From: Eremomyces bilateralis CBS 781.70
Lineage: Eukaryota
Length of the DNA: 42,466 nt
Assembly (NCBI GenBank): GCA_010015585.1
Contig: ML975159.1
Strand: one strand, 5' to 3'
Shown: in pieces, positions 12,727 through 25,648 of the stretch
Layout of the letters: each line of letters starts with the position of its first letter
How positions within the stretch are numbered: position 1 is the first letter of the stretch
Position numbers and translations under genes: made by a program
The notes under the pieces: model-generated
What the model saw: only the letters and a program-made list of their open reading frames with translations
Databases searched by the model: none
What the model was told of the DNA's origin: nothing

Positions 12727-14629
12727 ATGGTACTGGTACTTCCACCAACTGGGACGCAGAAGCTAGTGATACTGTGATAGGCATCAACTTTGGGACCACG
12801 TATTCTGGGTAAATATCACTATCAACAGCTTTGGTTTAGCTATACCTAACAATTCATCCTTAGTGTCGCATATGTCTTCACGAGCAAGCCTGATGAGATT
12901 TTCTCTATCACTAGCTGGCCTAGATATGCAGGTCGACTTGAGCCCAAAGTCACCACACTCATCCGGTATACTAAGGATGATGACTACAGCTGGGGGTACG
13001 AAGCCCCAGTGTTGAGAACAATGACGATCAAGGGATAAAACTTGTGCTCGACGAGAAGTAGGAGGAGTTGATTTCTGCCCTAGACAAGCCGAGGCAGCCT
13101 CTTGAAAGTCTGGGAAAGTCGCCAGTCGATGTTACTAACGACTACATCCGTGCCATCTGCCAGCATGCACTTGGTGTCATTGAAACAAAATACTCCAAAG
13201 CGTACATTGACACGATCGAGAAAGAATACGTGCTCAGTGTACCGGGAATCTGGAGCGAGAAGGCGCAAAACAATACCCTGATGGCTGCGACAAATGCAGG
13301 AATCTATCCAGTGAGACTTGTCAAAGAACTGGAGACTGCTGCACTCTACACGATCCACTCCCAAAAAAGCATTGGCTTGGTTGCCGGCGATGTTATAATT
13401 GATTGCGACTGCGACGGAGGAACGGCGGATCTGATTTCCTACGAGACCTTCAACATCAACCCGCTTGAGTTGAAAGAACTAGTTCCTTGCACAGGCGACT
13501 TGTATGGCTCAATTATGCACAACCATGCGTTCGAAGATTGGCTCCTCCATCAACTCGGCGATACATCGATCTCTCAAATTAAAGGAACCACGGACTATCC
13601 TCGAGGAATGAAGCTATTTGAAGAGACTATCAAGCGCACCTTTGTTTCGGAGCAGGATGAGGGCCAATACATCTCGTTTCCTAGCGCCACGCTGGGAAAT
13701 AGTAGCAGTACCAGAATCAAGAGAAATTTGTTTGAAATCACAGGCGCCGATCTCAAATCCATTCTCACACCCATTGTGAGCGGAGTTTGTCAACTGGTCT
13801 TTGAGCAACCGAGCTCCGTCATCCTCTGTCGACAACTTCAAAGCACATCTGAATCGACCATTGGTTCCAAGATCAAGGCGGTTTTCCTTGTCGGAGACTT
13901 TGGAACTTCTACGGTTCTACTTTCCTGAAGAACCAGCTACAGGCTACCGTGGGAGATGTCCAGGTTATCCAGCTAGAGAAACCGTGGGCTGCTATCACCA
14001 ATGGTTGCGCGATGGACTAGTAGCCAAAGCAAGTTCGTGTGGTTTCTAGTGTGGTGTAGAGGCATTATGGTGTTAAATGCAGTTCACGGTACGATTCCAG
14101 CACTGAGAATTTGACTGATTGCCGGTGGGACAAGTGGGATGAGGTATGGAGGATTAGGTTAGTGAGTTGGCACATTCACAAGGTAATAAAACAACCATAG
14201 TTTAAGGAGGTGCGGTCAAGTTAACAGGGCATGCAGGGAAATGAGTTTCCTCGACACAAAGTGATCCGTCTCGACTTTCGGCGGAAGATCATCGACCTGC
14301 TCGCTGACCTTATCTTCACAGAAAGACTATATGGGTGCTTCGAAGAAGTCACGCCAAGACTTTGGGATCAAGGTATACTAATCCTTCTTGCTATGGAATT
14401 TTCTGTTAGTGACCTAACCCGTATACAGATCTCGTGGTTCTGAACTGCTCCTTCAACGCTGATCTCACCCATATTCCCCTGAAAAAGCTCAGAGTGAAAA
14501 GACGGAAAAGCGATCGTGCGCAGTATCATACCCTCAGCTACCAGCTTGTCATCTACATCACCTTTGGGCTGATGCAGTTCTCTCGAGATTGACGGTATGC
14601 AATACGGATCGGTTTCTGCTGAGCACTAG
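12727..14629 (+). pseudogene. Hsp70-like (HSPA12-type actin-like ATPase) pseudogene
   Basis: Recognisable motifs IGI(N)FGTTYSG|VAY, ITSWP, WGYE, KLVLD, LSVPGIWS, E(L)ETAAL, DC(D)GGTADLISY, FLVG(D)FG, PWAAI, RHYG, ADL. Frameshift near 13035, in-frame TAG at 13059-13061, frameshift near 13910-13930, TAGTAG near 14019, frameshift near 14580. Introns near 12809-12863, ~14183-14236 and ~14372-14429. Confidence 0.88.
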
Positions 14630-16237
14630 GTCTCCAGCAACAACGCCAGGGGCATCTGCTTTATGCAGCAGACAACCGACGACAGGATGGACATGAATAT
14701 TCCTAGGATAGTCCTCTAAACCATTACCCAGATTGCAAACCTGTAGCGACAGGTTCTAGAATGGAAAATGGAACGTAGACAGGATGTGATAGGCGGGAGA
14801 ACAAACACAACCACTACAAGTGTATACTTAAAAACGGAGACCGACTGAGTATTTTCCCCGAATTCAAGCAACTGTTGCACAATTTCGACCATGAACCATC
14901 TCGTGAACAAACGTTGCCATTCAACCCTGGACACTGTGTGGGTTGAACGCCCACAACGCACTAGCCAGAACCTTATACAGATCCGAATGCGAGCACATGG
15001 AGAATAGGTTCTCCTCGTGAATGCTGATAACGAGTGGACCCGCCCAAGGACGGAGTAATCCTCCCATGAGCTGCAGACACGATTCGTAGGCGACCGGCAT
15101 GTATTGTGGATCCAGAAAAAGTTGAAGGGTTGATATGTGCTAAGTGTCCAACGAATGCTTCACCAAACGCTCGATCTGTAATAGTTGGCGTCGGGATATG
15201 ATGTTTGATTCGGTGCTCGACTGATGGGTTGATACTCAGGGACTCAAAAGAGTTAATGCGTAGAGAACGGTATGTCACCATATCGAGTGAAGAAGGAAAT
15301 AACAGGATGATCGTCCGACAATATTAATATCGCGAAGAATCAGCGCGAAGTTGGGGTGGTTGTGTTTTCACTTGCAGCTGCAGTGTTCGGTTGAAACTTG
15401 AAGCAGAGGATATTGATGTCCCCACAGTAATTGATGCCTGATTAACAGGGTCAGGGTCTTGCCCTATAAGGCAGGAATAATCATCATCTTCATGCCTCAG
15501 GCATTTAATCCATTTGCTGTATCGCGCCTTCCTCAACAATGCAATGCCAATTATGGATTTTGTCGACTTCTGCTGGATGATGATGCCCCTTTTTATTCTT
15601 TCCGGCTGCAATATCCGAAATGATGCATTATTGCTCCTAGTTCATCGCTCGCGTGTCGGTGACAACGCTCCTTGACCGCCCTGAATCGCTGGTTGATAGG
15701 CAAAAGAGGGGCAAGGAGCAGGGCGGACAGCGGTAAGGCTACCACGCCATTGGAGGCGCCACTGGAGACAGCACACTTCCTGTGCATCTATCCCACCACC
15801 CCCCCATCATTGTAGAGAACTTCTCCACTGTCACATTCCGTTCATATACCGACGAGATCATCGTTAAGAGGAGGATTAGTGTCTTTCTCGATATTTCGGA
15901 CTTTATTAACCATTGCTACCATATTTGCGCCTCAGCCAGAGCAGCAATATCGACTGAACTGCCAGTGTCATCCCTCCAACTTTCCAAGCGCCGAGCGACC
16001 CTTAGCCCACCACATCCATCACGCACCACCTTGGGCTGACCTCATTCTTATTTAACAACCTGTTCTGGCCAGTTTCTCCTCCGATATCTATCATATATTC
16101 CGCATCCACTTGTGACGAACACCTCCCGCGCTTCCGATCTCTCCTTGACCAGACGTTCGCTTCCATCTTGACCGGTGAAGTTGCGGCGCCAATAGTGGGG
16201 TATCGCTGTCAGCAGTAACGTGTACTTGCTTGCAAAT

Positions 16238-17937
<1,700 letters not shown>

Positions 17938-18435
17938 ATGAGGGTAAGCTAGGGGTGGATATTTACGGGAGATAAGCGCGCGGATGTTCGGAATTTATAC
18001 ACCACAGAGCTACAACGTAATGGATCTAGTCCTAGTTTGAAAAGATTGGAAGCGGTGGTCGGGGATTTCCCGAGGCGGTTCTTATCGTCGATCGGGATAG
18101 GAGGCATGGTAAAAGTTGGCTGGCCGGTTTAATTTTTGGTTGGATAGTTGGGGGAACGGGGCTCGTTTTGGATAATGGAAACGAAATGATGATGGCAAGG
18201 AGGAAGGATGCCGGGTCGCTGGCCGCTTCAGCATTTCATAGCAGAGGATAGATCTAGTCCCTTTTACGCCCATTTTCATTGAAGTACCTGAAATATTATT
18301 GGTCGAGATCTATTGAGCCGGGGGATGTAGTAGTATGCCTGGCGCGTCTCCTATCGCAATATAAAAGTTTTGGAGCGTTCATTAGTACCCAGAACGGCCT
18401 CAAACGCCGATTATACTACCCATCATGTTCTTACT

Positions 18436-20690
18436 CTAATATATAATCCCAGCACCACGCATGCAGAGCCATCTACCCACCCACGCCCATCTTACCACCG
18501 CAACATGCACTCCCAGCAACCCTATCGACCCAAGCATGCCCCACGACACCAGCCCTAGCGTCAAATCCAGCGTAGCCACAGCCAACAGCGGATACGCGAT
18601 CCTCGGATCCACCGAGTACGGCGCGCACGGCGAGGTGAGCGAGACGTACTTGAACAGGAAGAACGCAATCTTGACGCTCAAGCTCAGCGTCTGCAGCACC
18701 GGTGACAGGCGCGACGGCGGGAATTCAAAGAGGGGCGTCGTACGCGGTGGGGCGGGGAGCATGAGTCGTGCGCTCTGCGTCGACGACTGGCGAGCCATGT
18801 CGGCGCCGCTCGCACCCGGAGACAGGGACCGGGACCGAGATTGGGAACGCGAGGGTGATTTAGAGAGCAGGCGCGGCCGCACCACGACGCTGCCGAGGCT
18901 GCCGCTGCGTTCCATCGCCTGGGGTGAGGGGCATTCAGGGGAGACGAGCGGGCTCGAGGCGCGACGTCGCGTCGGAGAGCGAGGGGCCGGGTGGAAGGCG
19001 GTCGTCGCGCTTTGGGGTTTTCGTGGTCCGCGGAGCGGGGAACCAGCGGCAGGTGAGTCCGCGGAGGAGATGCGGGAGCGCACGTCGTCGAACGGGCCGG
19101 TGGGGAAGGATTGGTGATCTTCGAACTCGGAGCTGGCGCCGATGCCGTGGAGGATTTCTTCGGTGCCCGGTCGTGCACTCGGGTCTAGGGAGAGCAGGCG
19201 GCGGAGGAACTTGTAGAGCTTGTCGGGGAGGTCGGCGCGGAGGCGCTGGGAGTCATTGAAGCCGGGCCATAGGGTGATCTCCTCGCGGAGGCGGTCGACG
19301 TTCTCGTTTTCTTCGTGCATGTTGTCGGCGTTACGGTAGGGTGATCGGGCGAAACACATGAAGTACACGATCATGCCGAGGGAGAAGATGTCGGATTTGG
19401 TCGTGAAGTTTCCGAAATCGCCGGTGGATGGATCGCGGCGGAGGACTTCTGGTGCGCAATATGAGATCGTGCCAGTCGCTCCGCTGGACTTCCGGGCTAC
19501 ATTGACGGCTTGAACCTCCCCGAAATCGCTGACTAAGACTCGTATTCGTGAACCGGTTTTGTGCAATAAGCAATTGCTAGGTTTCAGATCTCGATGAATG
19601 TAGCCGTTTGCATGGAGATGGTGGAGACCTGCGGTGATATCTTTGAAGAATGAGAACACTTCATCAAAGTGCATCCTTCGAGGTCCGTTCAGGTCATGGG
19701 GTGGCTCTGGCTGGCCTTTTGACCGTCTCCGCATCCTTTCCTTCAACTGTTGTGTGGTAACTTGAGTTTTTGCAGGATCCAGGATGTAATGAAGCAGATC
19801 ACCACCGTTACAGTACTGCTGAAGGATGAATGCGCATGGGACGCTGGGTCCAAATGTAGTGAGTTTGTAATCCTCCAGCCACACATGTCGATAGGAGACG
19901 AGGTTCTGATGGGAAAGGTTTTGGAGAAGCTGTACTTCCACCAGAACCTTCTCCAGCCATTCGTGATCGTCTCCAACTGGAACTCGTTTGCAGGCGAAGT
20001 GGCCGAGATGAACGCCATCCAGGACGTGACGTACCAGGAGCACCACTCCCTTCCCTCCACGGCCTAGCTCGCCTTCCTCGACGAAGAACGTTTTGAAATA
20101 GTTCTGACTGAACGCAGTGGAAGAGATATGATGTGGACCAGGAGGACTCTGCGGTGCGCTTCCCACGAATTCTGAGCCCTCCGGTGGGACGAGATGATGT
20201 TGCCCTTGACCGACATCGTTATTCCAGCTTCTAAGCGTCCGCTTCCTGTCTTCGGGGACACCCGAAGGGGTCCCGGTGATTCCACGGTGAGGGGATGGCG
20301 GCCTCGACGTCTCTCCAGAGTAGGAACCGCTATGATGGAGCATGCGAAAGTACGCGGGGTTCATGAATTGTGCCTCCGACCCAGGACCGGGCGTCGGTGG
20401 ATGGACATCTTCCTCTTCATTATCATCGACGTCGTATCCCTCTCCTCGAAGTGGCCGATGACAATAGGGACAATCGGCAAGCTCTACAGCGCTTGAATTG
20501 GAGGCATCTTGCAGCGAGAGCTGCTTCGATCGTTGATCGTATACCACCACTGATGATCCATGACGTCTGTGAAGGTGAGTATCAGAACAGTGAGGAGACG
20601 TCGAGGCACTTACAACACGACTTCGCTTGACTCCGCGGGGAAGTAGGGGATCAGGGAGAGATGATTTCTCTGCGGTGTTTCATTCGCCAT
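18436..20690 (-). CDS. IKS1: IKS1-family Ser/Thr protein kinase with hydrophobic C-terminus, ~735 aa, 2 exons
   Basis: Exons 20690-20614 and 20566-18436 (LIPY..EVVL|RHGSSVVVYD). CPYC knuckle, GRGGKGVV, FACKRVPVGDDHEWL, HRDLKPSN, SDFGE, GATGTISYCAPE. Confidence 0.9.
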
Positions 20691-21205
20691 TTGATGCCGA
20701 CTGGGCAAGAGCCCGTCTGGCTAAGATGTAGGTCATTCAGTGCGTGGATGGATACATTTCCCGATGTTTACACATTCAGCAGAGTGCAGTTTTAGGTGCA
20801 TCAGATGACGGAGGTTGATCAGACAAGGACATGGCGACATGGCGGAAAGGGAGGTTCAGGCCACAAGGCGGACAGAAATGAACTGGTCAACAAATGGAAT
20901 ATGCACGTGACGTTCCGTGAATCCCATAATCTTGTAGCCTTGCAGCCTGGCAACCCGATTGGATGACAAAATGTCTCTATGACTGGAGTCGCCACCCACC
21001 AGCAATTCACGTCACTGGGAAAATAAGAATAGATATCCCACTCTTCCCCCTCCTCTCTGAAACCGCCCTTGACTTTCTGTAAGTACCGATTTTGGACAGG
21101 ACAAGGCTATTCTCAGCCCTGCTACCGGGTAGAGACCTTCCTATCATCTTTCTTTCTCCTTGTCTAGACACTCCAAAGTCGATATATACCAGAACACTCG
21201 GGAAA

Positions 21206-22964
21206 ATGGCTTCCACTACTAGCCAGGAGAGTCGACCGGCCTCCCATCCTTTTACTTGCAACACCTGTCAGGTCGCTTTCAGGACAAGTGAGGCGCAGAG
21301 AGGCCATATGCAAAGCGACTGGCAGTACGTATATGCAATGAAAGTTCCTATGTTTCGAGGACGCTACTAACATGCCCCAAGTCGTTACAACTTGAAGCGT
21401 AGAATAGCGTCGTTGCCTCCATTATCGTCCGAAATATTTGCGGAAAAGGTCCTCGCCAACAAAGCATCGCAAGCGGCGGTCGCTGCCAAGGCGGCGTTCA
21501 CGAGAGATTGCGCTGCATGCCAGAAGACGTACTACAGCGACAACGCATACAAGAACCACTTAGCGAGCCAGAAGCACCGGCAGAATGAATTCCGCATGCG
21601 CCCGGGTAGCGTGGGTGACTCGATGATGAGCTCGGAGTTTTCCATTCCGGACAATACCGACTCCGCATCCGTGCAGACGACATCGACAGTGAGGGAAGAC
21701 CAGGTGGATCCAGCGGCCGAGGACGAGTTCACAGAAGTGGTGGACACTCTAAAAGGAACCAATCTGGGAGAGAAGAGCGGAGATGCACTGCCACGACGAC
21801 CAAGCCGACCACATCACTCCGCAGGGCCAGAAGAGGATCGCCCGGAGCATCCAATCTCGCCGGCGACGGTGCTGCATACGAAGTCGAATATTCTAGGCTC
21901 ATCCCCAGCGAAAGCCGATCCGCTCCTCAACTGCCTCTTCTGCAATCTGTACTCACCTACAGTGGATTTGAACATCCTTCATATGCAGAAGTACCATGGC
22001 ATGTTCATTCCCGAAAAGGATTACCTGGTCGATCTTCCCGGCTTGATCCTTTATCTTCGGGAGAAAATCAATGTCGCCAATGAATGTCTTTACTGCGGTA
22101 CGCTGAAGCGCACCGCCGAAGCCTGCCAGACACACATGCTAGACAAAGGACACTGCATGATCGCATTTGGCACCGAAGACGAGCAATTGGAAATCAGCGA
22201 CTTCTACGACTTCACCACCACCTATTCCGACGACGAAGACGAAGACACTGGCGAAGAAGATGAGGCGGCCAGCCACGCATCCTGGGAAACCTCGTCCACC
22301 CTCTCCTCTGTCCCCACCGAAGAGATCACGTCCGTGGCCATCGACCAGACCCACCGCTACTCCACCCTCGACCAACATCATCACCACACGCACGACGATC
22401 CCCGTCCGCATAGGAACCTCGACGGCTTCCATTCCCGTGCCCACGCCGGCCACGTTCCTAAAGCTGTGTTCTTCGACGATGTCGAGATGCATCTTGGCAA
22501 TGGCAAGAGCGTTGGCCACCGTTCTTGGCAGCGCGTCTGGCGACAGCGGCTTGGCGGGCGCAACCGTCCTGCCGAGTCCGCTCAAGGAGCCTTGGCAGAC
22601 GCGGAGGGTGACGTCAGCATGGGCGACGAGGGTGAGGCGGCCGACGATAGCCGTGATTCGGGCGCCTTGACGAGGCGGGAGCGTCGGGAGGAGCTGTTCC
22701 ATCGTGGGAGGATGGGACACCCTTCGGACGCGTTGACGAGGGCGAATGACGGGCCTGGGATGACGGGAGTGACGGGGCAGAAGAAGAGGGAGGTGGTGGA
22801 AGAGGAGAAGAGGTCGAGACGGACGGAGCAGAAGGAGAGGAGTAAGTATCTGGCCATCAAGGAAAGGAAAGGGAATATGCAGAAGCATTTCAGGGTATGT
22901 TTCGAGTGCCAAGATCCTTGTTTGCAATTTGCTAATTATGATACAGGATCCTCTACTGCAGTGA
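21206..22964 (+). CDS. REI1: Pre-60S ribosome maturation factor Rei1/ZNF622 (C2H2 zinc fingers), ~549 aa, 3 exons
   Basis: Exons 21206-21324, 21382-22894 and 22947-22964. FTCNTC..HMQSDWHRYNLKRRIASLPP, CLFC..HM..HGMFIPE, CLYC..HMLDKGHC, C-terminus QKHFRDPLLQ*. Confidence 0.93.
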
Positions 22965-23232
22965 TTGAATGGGGAAATGCTCAAGTCGTTGACCGTGTTC
23001 GACTCGAGTTATGGGTGCAGACTCATAATGTTTATGTGTAGATGCATGTAGAGGTCAATGAATTGCGTACCGAGTCAATTCCATTCGAGTCATTTGATCA
23101 TCTCGTTCGAGTAGTCATAATTCCAAATGGGTATCCTAAAAGCAGGCGTTCCAGCCTATTCGCACCCCCTCACCCAAACCCCAACGCCTTGCTAAGTTCC
23201 ATAATATACAACCCCGATCGCCTCAAGCGACA

Positions 23233-24963
23233 TCACACATACTCCAGCCATTTCCCCACCGTTTGAAACGCTAGCTGCTCATACTTCTGCACATCCTGAG
23301 GATCCGCCCCCATCTTCAATAGCAACCGACACATATCCATATTCCCCGCCGAAATCGCATGCGCCAGCAAACTCATCCCCTCCCGATCCCGATCCATCGC
23401 GCCGACCTCCCCCCTCCGCAACAGCCCCAACACCTGCTTCAGATCCCCATCCGCAATCGCCTGTAACACTGGCGCATCCGACCTTACCACATTAAACGCC
23501 GACACCACCGCATCAAAGTCCACGCAATCGACAGTGTCGTTCGACTCCGAATACTGCCTCCCGTGTCCCCACTTCATCAGTGCGATCGCAATTCCGGGGA
23601 TGTGCAGCCCGGAATTCGGCACGAAGCAGAGACTGATGCGGCCCGCGTCGTCGGTGCCGAGCGGCCAGGGGAGCGTGGAGTGTATGCCTTCGATGAGCAC
23701 GTAGATCACGCCGTCGCGGGTGCTCAGCCGCCACTCACCATGCAGCTCTGGGGACTGAGAAACGTTCAATTTCAGTTGCTTGAACCCTCGGGCAAGCGTT
23801 TTTTTCGATGGCGCAGGTTCGATGTCTTGGACTTGCGGGAGCCTCTGCTTCGGAAGACGCTGCCTCATCGCGATCATCCCGGCGTCCGTTCCGGAATTGT
23901 CGGTCGATTCCAGCGATTCGGACGCCGCGGCGGACACGCGTGAGAAGAGCCGGTTGATGGTGCGGAGGAGCATGTCCTGTGCTTTTTTCGGAATCTCGAA
24001 TTTCTCGAGGTAGCGAGGGTAGTAGATGGAGTTAGTATCAAGATTAGAGAGGACCCGGCGCATCGTAAGGAGCAGAGCTGAAAATGAGTGGAGGAATGCC
24101 GCAGCGTCGATGGTCGCGGTGTTAGCAGCAGCAGCGGAGTTGGAGGTATCAGCAGTGAGCTTTGGTTGGGGTTCTTTAACCACGAGGTCTGGGTCTTGCG
24201 CGAAGTCAGGGGGTTCCATGGAGTTGACTCGCGTAGGCGCCTGCGACAGCGTCTCATTCGGACGTAATGGAATCTCCAGAACGGCTTCCTTCACCTCCTG
24301 GAGCTCGTCTTTCAGAGCATCTAGACTTCCACGCATGTGCTCACTCTGCCTCCGCTCCCTCTCCGCTGCTCGCTCCTCAATTGATTCAATTGTCTTGTGC
24401 AACTCTTTCAACTCAGCTGCCGTGCTCTGCTTCACATCCTGCGCAACATCTACTGCGGCCTCGATCCGTCGATGGATTTCGACATCGATCGTCCTCCCTA
24501 GGGTGGACAGCAAACCATTCACCCGTCCAATATGTCCGTCAATCTCAGCCGACAGCCGAGATATCTCCCCTTCGTCGAGCACATAGCCCAGCTTCTTCGA
24601 CAACGCGACCTTGCTCTTGCCTAACTTAGGACCTGACTTGCTCGACACGGATCCGAGAAACTTCTCCAAGCTCATCAAATCCACCTTGCACGCAATCAAC
24701 TCATCGTTCAGCCTTCCAAACGTCGCCCTGGCACCAGGCTGGATTCCCAGCGGTGAGCCTTGGAAGGTTTGAGCCAGCGCGCGGACATCGGTAAGGAGTT
24801 TCTCCAGTCGATCGAGTTTCGTTCGTAGTATTGGGATCAGCTTTGAAGATCGATGGATGGTCGCGAGGAACTTATACAGGCCGGCGAAGATTCGACCAGA
24901 GGCGTCCAGGACCTGGAGGATTGATGCGGGACCGGCGAGAGCTTCGAGGCCGCCGGCAGTCAT
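23233..24963 (-). CDS. Protein with N-terminal HeLo-like (fungal NLR N-terminal type) helical domain, coiled coil and C-terminal ankyrin repeats, ~576 aa
   Basis: ATG at 24963. N-terminus MTAGGLEALAGPASILQVLD..LYKFL..L...L..L pattern. C-terminal AIADGDLKQV..LL and DREGMSLLAHAISAGNMDMCRLLLKMGADP. A possible extra 3' intron (GTATGA at 23284) would change only the last few residues. Confidence 0.75.
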   Translation of the reverse strand: MTAGGLEALAGPASILQVLDASGRIFAGLYKFLATIHRSSKLIPILRTKLDRLEKLLTDVRALAQTFQGSPLGIQPGARATFGRLNDELIACKVDLMSLEKFLGSVSSKSGPKLGKSKVALSKKLGYVLDEGEISRLSAEIDGHIGRVNGLLSTLGRTIDVEIHRRIEAAVDVAQDVKQSTAAELKELHKTIESIEERAAERERRQSEHMRGSLDALKDELQEVKEAVLEIPLRPNETLSQAPTRVNSMEPPDFAQDPDLVVKEPQPKLTADTSNSAAAANTATIDAAAFLHSFSALLLTMRRVLSNLDTNSIYYPRYLEKFEIPKKAQDMLLRTINRLFSRVSAAASESLESTDNSGTDAGMIAMRQRLPKQRLPQVQDIEPAPSKKTLARGFKQLKLNVSQSPELHGEWRLSTRDGVIYVLIEGIHSTLPWPLGTDDAGRISLCFVPNSGLHIPGIAIALMKWGHGRQYSESNDTVDCVDFDAVVSAFNVVRSDAPVLQAIADGDLKQVLGLLRRGEVGAMDRDREGMSLLAHAISAGNMDMCRLLLKMGADPQDVQKYEQLAFQTVGKWLEYV

Positions 24964-25648
24964 AGTGAAGAAAGGGTGAAGGATAAAAGACTTGCATTTG
25001 AATTGGAGATGAGACACGGCTAAGCGAAGGCAGTGACTAGGAGTCTTATAATCTTGGGGGTTGTTCAAGCCTTGCACAGCCTCTCTGGTCGAACACCGCC
25101 ATCGTCATGCAGGTATCGGACTTATCTGCGTCCAGCCTCCAGGAGTCTGATTATTACATACCAGGACCGCCAGGCCATGTGAACACCATCTATGTGCAAT
25201 ATCTTAATACCCAATAAGTGATAGTTATGCAACAAGCGGTTTTGAGGTTAAAAGCTGGCGGCCGAGATAGCGAATCATCTTGAGACGGTCAGTGAACAAA
25301 CACAGATGACGACACGGCCACATTGAGTATGCGTAAGTGGAATTTCTAAGCAAGGCTGAAGCTTGACAGACAAGTTATCGTATGCCTCTAAAGAGGCGAT
25401 AGCATCTGGGCGTTGTCTGCTGCGAATTTCTTCCGAGAAGAATATTGTCGGTTGAATGCCAGTCGGTGCCTGTATAGTAATCAAAAGCCTTTGACAGCAC
25501 AGCCCCTAACCTTGAACACCAACTGAATGCGAGAACTGAATTATGAATCCAAAAGACTGTACTCTTCCTGGGTATCTAAAACGAAAGGTTCATTACGCTA
25601 CATGAAAAGAATGGCCGTCCCATCTCGTCTCGTCAGCCGGTATCGTCC

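Noticed and set aside
14630..15300. Hydrophobic minus-strand fragments (..RFAIWVMV*RTILGIFMSILSSVVCC..) suggesting a membrane-protein relic
   Set aside because: Too short and interrupted to distinguish from random intergenic translation.
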